Of a stretch of 64,000 nucleotides of DNA, positions 34,652-43,066 are shown piece after piece (within the stretch, counting starts at the first letter, position 1; every line of letters begins with the position of its first letter). The stretch comes from a virus. The stretch lies in the IMG/VR virus record IMGVR_UViG_3300033998_000198, positions 1 through 64,000 of that record; one strand, 5' to 3'. The position numbers and the translations under genes were made by a program. The notes under the pieces are model-generated. The model saw nothing but the letters and a program-made list of their open reading frames with translations. It had not been told where the DNA came from and did no database searches.

Positions 34652-36961
34652 ATGATCGCATTTCGCAACTTATACCCAAATCTTCCAGGTCATCTGGTAG
34701 AGTTCAAGGATGGCGGATTGGCTCTCAGAGTTGAAGCAGATCCACCAAAAACCGACAGTATGCTCATTCTCGGAACCGCAATTGACGGTCCTGTTATGGA
34801 GCCTGTAGCTGTAGATGCAACTACTGCTGAATTGCTGTTCGGTAAGGCAGTAAAGGGTAACGGCGTACCCAATGGATCAACACTGATTCCCGCATTTGAA
34901 GAAGCATGGAACGCTGGATGCCGTGATATTCGTCTTATGAGGATATCTGGTGATTACGCCGTAGCGGAAATCAAAGCTGAAGATTTAACATCAACAACCC
35001 AGAAGCTCAAGACAGAACAGTTAGGAGTTGCCCCAGGTAATGATGAAACAGTTATTACACTGGCAAACAAGCATATCGTTCCTAACTCTGCAAAAGTATA
35101 CGTAAAAGGCACTCAGCTTCTGACAGGCTTTACTGTTGATGAAGCAGCAGGTAAGGTAACCATTGCTGCTGGTGTTGACGATGCTGGGGCGTCAGTATCT
35201 GTAAGTTACAAATACTTCGCTATTGAAGATGTCGCTAACGAAGCGGCTACTGTAGAAGGAGGCAAAGTAACACTTACATATGATATTGACTCTATAGTGT
35301 CCATTAAAGTCAATGGAGATCCTGCAACACCCGTTTATACTGTGTCCGGAAAAGACATTACTTTTGAGTCCGGCGTTGCTGAAGGTGACAACGTAGCTGT
35401 TACATACAAAGGTATCACTACTAACGAAATCACCGCTCAGGAGAACGGAACCGGTACTGATCCTTTCCTTACTGCAACATCTTTGATGGTAGTGCCAATC
35501 GGACAGAGCCCTGTTCCCGGAACAATGCATCTGTATGCTAACGGAACTGAAATCCTCACTTCCGGAGCTTTCACAGTTGACGGTACTGCAAAGACCATCA
35601 GTATAAAGAAGGAAATGGTTTCTAAGGGAGCTCTCCTTGAAATCAGCTACATGTATAACGAAACTGCAACTCAGACTCCTAAGATTGAAATAACATCCAT
35701 ATATGGCGGCGAAGTTTACAATCAGGCAAAAGTTGAAGTTGTAGATGTCAAGGACTCCAGCGGTAATGTAATGGGTAAGAAAGTTATTCTTACCAAACCC
35801 GAATCCAAGAAAGCACAGGTCGCAGAAGAACCTTTGAGCTACAGCTCACTGGATTATCCGAACTTCATGCTCTTGGTACAGGCAATCAACAACGACCCGA
35901 TGAATAATGTGTTCAAGGCTTCAACTAAGTTCAACAACGTTGAAACCTCCAAGTTGTTAACCAAAACCCCAACTTTCTTTCTCGGTGGAGCAGATGGAAT
36001 CAACCTCACAAAAGAGGAATTGTTCGAAGCTCTGTCTGGTAAGAGAAATGAAGCCGGCCTGTTGACTAAACAGGGAGCGTATCAGTTGCTCGAAGATTAT
36101 CAGGTTGACTGGGTCGTTCCTGTTGGTGTTTATGCTGACGACGAACTTCCTGGTAAATTCCAGAACTTTGCATATGAGCTGGCTATGTTCTGTGCGGTTC
36201 TCTCCTACAGGAACAAGATGACCTTCGGTGCAATCAATATGAAGCCTGTAGAAGACACCGGTCTGTCTTCAATTCAGGAACACGCTAAGAAACTTGCTGC
36301 ATTCGAGAACCTCTACTACATGAGAGATTCATACGGCAATATAATCAAAGACAGCAACGGAAACTTTATCGATCTCGGAGGATTCATTAACGTTGTTGCC
36401 GGACCTGAAATAGCTGTTAGAGGCACAAGCCTTGGAACATATAACGCAGATCCTGCGGTTTCATATGTTGCATTCAGTACGACACTGAATCCTCAGTCCG
36501 CAGCAGGCAATAAGACAATACCTAATGGTAGGGGGCTTCGTTACAGATTCTCCAATGCACAGCTCGACAGTATCGTCGCAAGACGTTTAACCGTACTGAA
36601 ACTCAAACAGGACGGCAGCGTTTCTGTAGTAGATGATGCAACCTGTGCAGCTCCTGGTTCTGACTACGCAAGAAGAACCACTGGTAAGGTTGTAAGAGAA
36701 GTCGTCGATCAGATCAGAGAAGTCTGTGATCCTTTCATCGGCGAACCTAACACAATCGAACAGAGAAACGCAATGTCTGCCACCATCAGTAAGAGACTTG
36801 GACAGTTGAAAGATGCTGGAGTAATCCAGGACTATGACTTCCAGGTAGTTGCAACATTGCAGGATCAACTGCTTGGTCAGGCAAAGATCGAGTTAACCCT
36901 CGTTCCACCTCAAGAATTGAGGAAGATCACTACAGTTGTAAGCCTCAAGCCTTCTCTGTAA
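34652..36961 (+). CDS. Major tail sheath protein with inserted beta domains
   Basis: 'ILGTAIDGPVMEPV', 'FFLGGADG', 'YQLLEDYQVDWVVPVG', 'CDPFIGEPN..EQRNAMSATI...IELTLVPPQELRKITTVV'; about three inserted small beta domains. Confidence 0.9.
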   Translation: MIAFRNLYPNLPGHLVEFKDGGLALRVEADPPKTDSMLILGTAIDGPVMEPVAVDATTAELLFGKAVKGNGVPNGSTLIPAFEEAWNAGCRDIRLMRISGDYAVAEIKAEDLTSTTQKLKTEQLGVAPGNDETVITLANKHIVPNSAKVYVKGTQLLTGFTVDEAAGKVTIAAGVDDAGASVSVSYKYFAIEDVANEAATVEGGKVTLTYDIDSIVSIKVNGDPATPVYTVSGKDITFESGVAEGDNVAVTYKGITTNEITAQENGTGTDPFLTATSLMVVPIGQSPVPGTMHLYANGTEILTSGAFTVDGTAKTISIKKEMVSKGALLEISYMYNETATQTPKIEITSIYGGEVYNQAKVEVVDVKDSSGNVMGKKVILTKPESKKAQVAEEPLSYSSLDYPNFMLLVQAINNDPMNNVFKASTKFNNVETSKLLTKTPTFFLGGADGINLTKEELFEALSGKRNEAGLLTKQGAYQLLEDYQVDWVVPVGVYADDELPGKFQNFAYELAMFCAVLSYRNKMTFGAINMKPVEDTGLSSIQEHAKKLAAFENLYYMRDSYGNIIKDSNGNFIDLGGFINVVAGPEIAVRGTSLGTYNADPAVSYVAFSTTLNPQSAAGNKTIPNGRGLRYRFSNAQLDSIVARRLTVLKLKQDGSVSVVDDATCAAPGSDYARRTTGKVVREVVDQIREVCDPFIGEPNTIEQRNAMSATISKRLGQLKDAGVIQDYDFQVVATLQDQLLGQAKIELTLVPPQELRKITTVVSLKPSL

Positions 36962-36978
36962 GTGATCTGAGCCGTAAA

Positions 36979-36998
36979 GGGGCGGCCAACACCGCCCC
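36979..36998 (+). other. GC hairpin between sheath and tube genes
   Basis: GGGGCGG-CCAACA-CCGCCCC; no U-tract. Confidence 0.6.
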
Positions 36999-37031
36999 AA
37001 TATTAAATCCTAACTCAAGGAGGAATATGAC

Positions 37032-37838
37032 ATGGCAAGTCCATTCATTCACACTTTAACTTCATTCAGTGGAGCGGACCTGGTTGTTAACTTTGCTAAT
37101 CAGGTAGTAGGTGAGTTGCAACAGATCTCCTGGGCAATCCAGAGAGAAAAAGCTCCTGTATTCACACTCGGTTCCTCTGACCCACGTTCTTTCAGTCGTG
37201 GTAAGAGAGGTATAGCAGGTTCAATGGTGTTCGCTGTGTTCGATAACGACGCAATCGTAAACGCACTATTAAAAGAGTGGCAGAACATAGCACCAAAAGC
37301 AATGTTCTCTGCTGCCGGAAACGTAGCTGTAAGAGGTTCTGAAGACTTTTCAAAAGCTATGGACCTTACAAACTGGAATAAAGCTGCAACAGATGCTGCT
37401 AATTATACTCAGGGTACTACCGGAATAGGTAATGGTTATGGTTATGCCGGAACCCAATCTTTGAGTCCTGGTCAACAGCCTGGATCAAACAACATCCCAA
37501 CAGTTGATACTGAAGGTAACATTATTGGTTGGACTCCATCAACAGACCAGATTTATGTACCTGCCGGATTCTCTCCTATCAGAGGAGACAATATCCTGTA
37601 TGCAGACATGCTGCCTCCATTCGATGTCACTATGACATTTGCAAACGAATATGGTCAGTGTGCATTCCAGAAGATTTATGACGTTGATATCCTGAACGAA
37701 GGTTCCGGTGTATCCGTTGACACAATCGTAATGGAAAGACAGATGACCTATATAGCAAGAAGGATAAGTCCTTTGATCAAGGGTGTATACTCAAGAGATC
37801 AGGGCGGAGCCGTAAAAGGTTTAAGAAATCCTCGCTAA
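37032..37838 (+). CDS. Tail tube protein
   Basis: Follows the sheath; 'SFSGADL...GELQQISWAIQREKAPVFTLG...RGKRGIAGSMVF' and 'LPPFDVTMTFANEYG...VDILNEGSGVSVD...TYIAR'. Confidence 0.85.
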   Translation: MASPFIHTLTSFSGADLVVNFANQVVGELQQISWAIQREKAPVFTLGSSDPRSFSRGKRGIAGSMVFAVFDNDAIVNALLKEWQNIAPKAMFSAAGNVAVRGSEDFSKAMDLTNWNKAATDAANYTQGTTGIGNGYGYAGTQSLSPGQQPGSNNIPTVDTEGNIIGWTPSTDQIYVPAGFSPIRGDNILYADMLPPFDVTMTFANEYGQCAFQKIYDVDILNEGSGVSVDTIVMERQMTYIARRISPLIKGVYSRDQGGAVKGLRNPR

Positions 37839-37850
37839 TATGGCTAAAAT

Positions 37851-37885
37851 ATAGAGCCGGGCCGGTGTTATCGGCTCGGCTCTAT
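37851..37885 (+). terminator. Strong stem-loop after the tube gene
   Basis: ATAGAGCCGGGCCG-gtgttat-CGGCTCGGCTCTAT, a 14-bp stem with one G-U pair. Confidence 0.65.
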
Positions 37886-37903
37886 TGATAAAGGAGAATA
37901 TCA

Positions 37904-39430
37904 ATGGCTAACGAAAAGTTAACAGATCAAATACATAAATATTTTAAGTCTTTCAGCGGAGTGGATGCTCTTGCTTTCCTTCTGTTCCCTGAATCCTCAC
38001 CGGTTCTTATTGGTACATTGACAACCATTAGCTACTCCATATTCAGAGAAAAAGTTCCAGTAAAACTCATGAGTAGAGTCAGTGTTCCGGTGTATACCAA
38101 GGGACTTCGTTACTGTGCAGGAACCATGATATTCACCATGATTAACAAGCACTGGGTCAATGAACTTATCGCTCAGGTCCCCTGGCTTAAATATTACGGC
38201 AAGATTAAGGCAGATGAACTTCCAAACTTCGATATTATGATTGTCTGTGCGAACGAGTATGGAGCTTCTGCTTCTATGTACATTTATGCTGCTGAAATAT
38301 CTGATGAATCACAGACCCTTTCGATTGAAGATATTTTTACAGAGAATCAGTTTAGCTTTGTAGCAAAAGATATCGACGTAATGGACAGTGATGACACTGG
38401 AAACATCGTTATCCCTGGACGGTCTACGAGTTTTATCCAGCCTATTGAAAGCATCGTGTCGCTTGATATGGTTGCTCCTACAGAAGGTCAAATCAACAGC
38501 CAGAAACAGAGTGCAACCAAAAGAAATGATGAACTTACAATCTATGTAGATAGTGTTAAGGTTGATATTCCAGCGGAAGAAAAGGAACGTCCACGAATTA
38601 ATGAACATGGCAATGCAATTGCACCAATGCGTTTTGTGTTCAATGCAATGGGATGGAATGTTCAATGGATACGGCCTGAAGACAACGGAGGGATAAGTAA
38701 AGGCGTATTCTATCTTATGGCTCAGGACGGCGATCCTCAGTTTACCCTTGAAATCAACCATAACAACCAGACCGGTGTGTTCTATAAAAGAGATCTTAAC
38801 ACTAATAAGACCACAAAGTATAACATACCGTTTTCAACTCCTCCATTTGTTGAATACGGAAGAACTGTGTGTGAGTTAAGACCGCTGTTTGATTTTCTGT
38901 CGAACCATATAGGTGCATACACTGTAACATGGGGGTATGATTCAAACAGTGTATTTATAGATAGCCAGTCGGTAAAAAACAAACCGACACTCGATGAGAA
39001 CTCAAATTCAAAAGACAACATTGATGAGATACAGAATCTGCAATCCCTTTTGAACGACAATGGGTATAGGCCGACACTTAATATCTCAGGTGTATTTGAT
39101 TATACGACCAAATGGGCTTTGATGACGTTTCAGGCAAACGCAGGTCTCGAACCTACCGGTATTTGTGACAAGGCCACATGGGCCGCACTGTTGAAGCACA
39201 CAAAAATCAATAACGATACATGGCCAAAGACAGGGAAATGTATTACTGCAAGCGGAGCTTATATGCGTAAGGAGCCAAAAATAGACGACAAAAATATCCT
39301 TACAACTATTTTATATAAGAGTTCCGTCAAAGTGTATAGTCATGGCTCCGGAGGGTGGGTTCCTGTGATAACTACCGTCAGAGGTGTTGAGCTAAAAGGC
39401 TTTATGGAAGCGAAAGATTTGAAATTCTAA
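37904..39430 (+). CDS. Tube-fold paralogue fused to copper-amine-oxidase N-terminal-like, peptidoglycan-binding and SH3-like domains
   Basis: Complete tube motifs (FSGVD...REK.PV...AGTMIF...LPNFDI...NEYG...FVAKDI); 'APMRFVFNAMGWNVQW'; PG_binding_1 'IQNLQSLLNDNGY...ISGVFDYTTKWALMTFQANAGLEPTGICDKATW'; SH3b-like end. Confidence 0.75.
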   Translation: MANEKLTDQIHKYFKSFSGVDALAFLLFPESSPVLIGTLTTISYSIFREKVPVKLMSRVSVPVYTKGLRYCAGTMIFTMINKHWVNELIAQVPWLKYYGKIKADELPNFDIMIVCANEYGASASMYIYAAEISDESQTLSIEDIFTENQFSFVAKDIDVMDSDDTGNIVIPGRSTSFIQPIESIVSLDMVAPTEGQINSQKQSATKRNDELTIYVDSVKVDIPAEEKERPRINEHGNAIAPMRFVFNAMGWNVQWIRPEDNGGISKGVFYLMAQDGDPQFTLEINHNNQTGVFYKRDLNTNKTTKYNIPFSTPPFVEYGRTVCELRPLFDFLSNHIGAYTVTWGYDSNSVFIDSQSVKNKPTLDENSNSKDNIDEIQNLQSLLNDNGYRPTLNISGVFDYTTKWALMTFQANAGLEPTGICDKATWAALLKHTKINNDTWPKTGKCITASGAYMRKEPKIDDKNILTTILYKSSVKVYSHGSGGWVPVITTVRGVELKGFMEAKDLKF

Positions 39431-39440
39431 GGAGGCTGTC

Positions 39441-39791
39441 ATGTATAATTTATATCCGTATGATTATGACTATATTACCCCGATTGGGAAGCAAGATGTT
39501 ACTTTTGATAGCCTAAACGCAAAAGACTATGGTATAATATATAGGTGGGCATCCAAAGATTTGAAAGTCAAAGTATACGCCATTGCATATTACCCAGGAG
39601 GTATTTACAAAGAATTTTACGCTGATGTTTTGATACAGCAAAATACAAATGGCGAAATAACAGGAGAATTTGTAGAAGATGCCTTTAAAGAAGCTGAGGA
39701 TTTAATTGTCGGCAAACCGGAGTACATAGAATTTATCATTACACCGTTTAAATGTGCTCCTATGAAATGGATGTTATATATCAAGGGGTGA
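39441..39791 (+). CDS. Hypothetical protein
   Basis: 116-aa ORF with AAGGAGG RBS. Confidence 0.55.
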   Translation: MYNLYPYDYDYITPIGKQDVTFDSLNAKDYGIIYRWASKDLKVKVYAIAYYPGGIYKEFYADVLIQQNTNGEITGEFVEDAFKEAEDLIVGKPEYIEFIITPFKCAPMKWMLYIKG

Positions 39792-39796
39792 GGTAA

Positions 39797-40603
39797 ATGG
39801 GCGAAACAATCAAGCCGTTAGAGCAACGGTATTCACATAATCCTAACAGCAGAGAATATATCCTGTTCCCTGAAGAATATTTTTCAGGAGCAAGCTGCTC
39901 AATCTTCTTTGGACATAGACCTATCGTTGATATATCTGGACTCCAGTTTATGTTGCAGGAACAAATGAAACCGATATATAGTTATGCTTCAAGAACATTC
40001 GATGAAATGGCCATAGGAAACCGTATCATCACCGGCACATTCAAAGTTGCATTCAAAGAGGCCGGCCTTCTTAATGCCATCCTTGATGAAATTGAGAATT
40101 ATAAGGTAGACGCAAATGCGGCCGCTGCACTGTTCACAGAAGGCGAAGACATACCGGCATGGGTCGGCGAAGCAGGATACACTCCGGAAATACTCCTTGG
40201 TATGGCTATGATGAACAATCCTACTGTTGTAGATTCTGATATATCAGAAGTAAAGATATACTTTCTTGGTAACAGAATCTTCTTTCCACCGGATCAACCT
40301 GCAAGGGTTATTCCAATTGACGGACAGAATGCAGTATGGGTTCCACTTCGTTTTATGTTGGATAACATAGGATATTCTTATATATACGATGATGTGAACG
40401 AAATCCACACATGGTACAATCGTGACAAATCCACTGTAATCAATGTAAACCTGAAGACCAATGAGTTTTTTCTAAACGGCAATAAACTCAATATAAAGAT
40501 GCAGATTATAGATGACAGAACATTTATTCCTATATATACATTGTTTGAAAATCTTGGGTATAAAGTTACCTGGGACAATTCGGGATGTAAAGTTACACTG
40601 TAG
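39797..40603 (+). CDS. N-terminal half of a tube-fold paralogue plus a copper-amine-oxidase N-terminal-like domain
   Basis: 'YFSGAS...LQEQMKPIYSYASRTFDEMAIGNRIITGTF'; 'WVPLRFMLDNIGY...DDRTFIPIYTLFENLGYKVTWD'. Confidence 0.7.
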   Translation: MGETIKPLEQRYSHNPNSREYILFPEEYFSGASCSIFFGHRPIVDISGLQFMLQEQMKPIYSYASRTFDEMAIGNRIITGTFKVAFKEAGLLNAILDEIENYKVDANAAAALFTEGEDIPAWVGEAGYTPEILLGMAMMNNPTVVDSDISEVKIYFLGNRIFFPPDQPARVIPIDGQNAVWVPLRFMLDNIGYSYIYDDVNEIHTWYNRDKSTVINVNLKTNEFFLNGNKLNIKMQIIDDRTFIPIYTLFENLGYKVTWDNSGCKVTL

Positions 40604-40615
40604 GAGGGTGGAGAT

Positions 40616-41746
40616 GTGGCTACTCAGAATTACACAATTAAGTCAGGCGATACATTGAGCGGAATTGCTGCTAAATTTGGCACTTCAGTCAACACTCTCA
40701 TGAGCCTTAACAGTGACAAGATAACAAACCCAAATTACATCCAGGCCGGCTGGGTTATAAAAGTTCCTGTAAGTGGAGGGTCGACGACCAAGGCTTCAGG
40801 AGGAACCAGTCTTAATATAGATACCAGCATAGTTGACTATTGTAAATACATAGGTGTCGATTCAAGTCACAATGCAAGGGCAAAATATGCTGTCGCATAT
40901 GGTATCGTTGCAAGTGCGTCAGCTTATACCGGTTCTTATAACCAGAATGTAAGTCTTCTTTCTGCAATGAAAAAAGACGGAGGAGCGAAAGCAAAAGGTG
41001 AAAGCAGTTCTGGTGGTGGTGGAAGCGATGCAGGAGCAAAACCTCAAGTAGGAGATTATGTTTATGCCACAGGATATGTATACAAAAGTTCTGACGCTCT
41101 TGGCCGCGGAATCCACCTTGATAATCGTCATTGCAAAGTTACGCATACCAATTATGGTCCGTCGTGGTCTGTCAAGCCTGTTCATGTAGCCACACAAGAT
41201 GGTTCGGGCCCTCTTGGGTGGATGGAAGTAGGTGAGGTTAAGATATGTACGCAAAAACATGACGCTCATGGTAATCATATTTCTGATCCGACACCTGCTC
41301 CAAAACCAGAACCTCCTAAGACCAATCCCACGCCAACTCCTGCATCCAACACAAAGGATACCGATGGTATTGACAGGGCAGGAGACAAAAACAGCAAAGC
41401 AGAATTTCAAGACAGCATCAATGATTACACAGCAAAGGTATGGGATGATAACAAGAAAGACACAAGAATGGATAGAAAGTTTGAACCATTCTTCTATGAC
41501 AGTACCAAACCTAATATGAGGGAAAAAGGTTTTGATATAAACATTATATACGGCGGAGCTATTCAGAGCTTGATAGAACTCAATAAGTACGTTAAGACGG
41601 GAAACTCGGCAGCGTTTGAACAATTTAAGCACAATACGATCCGTGCATTGCGTGGTGTATATATAAGATCTGTTGGTCAGGAATTGGATGCCTCTGGCAA
41701 CCCTGTATATGAGATATACGAGTTCGTCGCCAGAGATATCGAATAA
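40616..41746 (+). CDS. LysM protein ending in the C-terminal half of a tube fold
   Basis: LysM '[27 protein letters not shown]...[14 protein letters not shown]'; C-terminal 'GFDINIIYG...[32 protein letters not shown]'. Confidence 0.8.
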   Translation: MATQNYTIKSGDTLSGIAAKFGTSVNTLMSLNSDKITNPNYIQAGWVIKVPVSGGSTTKASGGTSLNIDTSIVDYCKYIGVDSSHNARAKYAVAYGIVASASAYTGSYNQNVSLLSAMKKDGGAKAKGESSSGGGGSDAGAKPQVGDYVYATGYVYKSSDALGRGIHLDNRHCKVTHTNYGPSWSVKPVHVATQDGSGPLGWMEVGEVKICTQKHDAHGNHISDPTPAPKPEPPKTNPTPTPASNTKDTDGIDRAGDKNSKAEFQDSINDYTAKVWDDNKKDTRMDRKFEPFFYDSTKPNMREKGFDINIIYGGAIQSLIELNKYVKTGNSAAFEQFKHNTIRALRGVYIRSVGQELDASGNPVYEIYEFVARDIE

Positions 41747-41762
41747 ATAAGGGGGTAATTAA

Positions 41763-42359
41763 ATGTTTGATCCAAAACAAGTAGACACGTTAGTAGCTAC
41801 AGCAAGAGAGACTTTGCGTAGACAACAGGAGGAGATGACACCAGGAGAGCCGGAGAATTTCTATCAGGACTTGATAGATGAGCAAAACGGAGAACAGGAA
41901 AAAGTTAAAGTACCTGAGAACGATTATGAAATAAAGAATGCTCCGGATAGTTACGAAGAAAGACCACATATTGCAAACAAACCAAGTGCAGAAGATTATC
42001 AGGAATATCCTAAAATTGATGAATTCGATAAACCAATATTCCCTGGCGGTCCGCTGCAATCTCAAATCAACTCCTGGAAGAAACAGTTCACAGGATATGA
42101 CATTTACGTTACAGAAGTGGCCGGAGAATACTTTGTATTCAGGACTTTGAACCGTTTTGAATACAAACAGATTGTATCTTTGCAAAATACAGATCCTCTC
42201 ATGCGTGAGGAAATTATCTGTGAAACCGTTACACTGTGGCCGGCAGGTTATAAATGGGATAGCATGGCAACGGGGAAGGCCGGCATTCCATCTACTTATT
42301 CTCAGATTATCATGGAGAAATCAGGATTCACTAAAGATTACGCTATCCAAATACTATAA
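41763..42359 (+). CDS. Tail assembly chaperone 1
   Basis: 'YFVFRTLNRFEYKQI...EEIICETVTLWP...AGIPSTYSQIIMEKSGF'; position between tube and tape-measure loci. Confidence 0.7.
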   Translation: MFDPKQVDTLVATARETLRRQQEEMTPGEPENFYQDLIDEQNGEQEKVKVPENDYEIKNAPDSYEERPHIANKPSAEDYQEYPKIDEFDKPIFPGGPLQSQINSWKKQFTGYDIYVTEVAGEYFVFRTLNRFEYKQIVSLQNTDPLMREEIICETVTLWPAGYKWDSMATGKAGIPSTYSQIIMEKSGFTKDYAIQIL

Positions 42360-43066
42360 TGGAACAATTACAAGCATTCGATCTTTTGGTATTCAAGGAG
42401 CAGAATGAAGGTCACAGGGTCATGTATATCAATATTTGTAATCGTGAGTTTGTATTTAGGACTCTTGGAAAGAAGGAATACAAGAACATCCTGAATGTTG
42501 CAAATAATGAATTTGATCTCGAAGATATGATATGCCAGATTGCTTTGATATACCCTGAAGACTTTGACTTCAAGGATTGTCCTCTTGGAGGGTTGTCAAA
42601 GACAATTGCTCCTTTGATTACCGAACTTTCCGGATTTACCAATCCTGAGATCGTCCAGGAGACTTACGACCAGTATCGCCTGGAAATGAATAGTTTTGAG
42701 AATAAGGCATATGCCCTCATTAAGATGGCATTCCCCGAATTTACGTTTGAAGAAATGGAAGAATGGACATGGGATAAGGTTCTCAAGGTTGCAACAAAGG
42801 CAGAGTTTATCCTGAATGAAACTCACTTTAGAGATAACCCTATCGAGCTTGTCAAAGTAGACACTACGCCGCAGAAACAAATGGAACGCACTGAGTTTGT
42901 TCAGGAACTGCGGCAACAGGGTATTGACCCGATGAAATATTTCTGGAATGAAATTAATGTCAAGCCTCAATATGTAGACTTTCCGTTAATCGGTGGTGTG
43001 CATTGGCAGAACGAGGGGATATTGAATGAGATCAGACGACAGATGGAGAGAGCATCTAAGAGGTAA
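42359..43066 (+). CDS. Tail assembly chaperone 2 (paralogue)
   Basis: 'EFVFRTLGKKEYKNI...EDMICQIALIYP...GGLSKTIAPLITELSGF'; TAATG coupling to chaperone 1. Confidence 0.7.
   Translation: MEQLQAFDLLVFKEQNEGHRVMYINICNREFVFRTLGKKEYKNILNVANNEFDLEDMICQIALIYPEDFDFKDCPLGGLSKTIAPLITELSGFTNPEIVQETYDQYRLEMNSFENKAYALIKMAFPEFTFEEMEEWTWDKVLKVATKAEFILNETHFRDNPIELVKVDTTPQKQMERTEFVQELRQQGIDPMKYFWNEINVKPQYVDFPLIGGVHWQNEGILNEIRRQMERASKR

Noticed and set aside
40919-41632. 237-aa minus-strand ORF
   Set aside because: Antisense shadow of the LysM gene with no RBS or recognisable motif.
42340-42361. Programmed -1 frameshift between the chaperones
   Set aside because: No XXXYYYZ slippery site is visible; the simple TAATG overlap explains the coupling.
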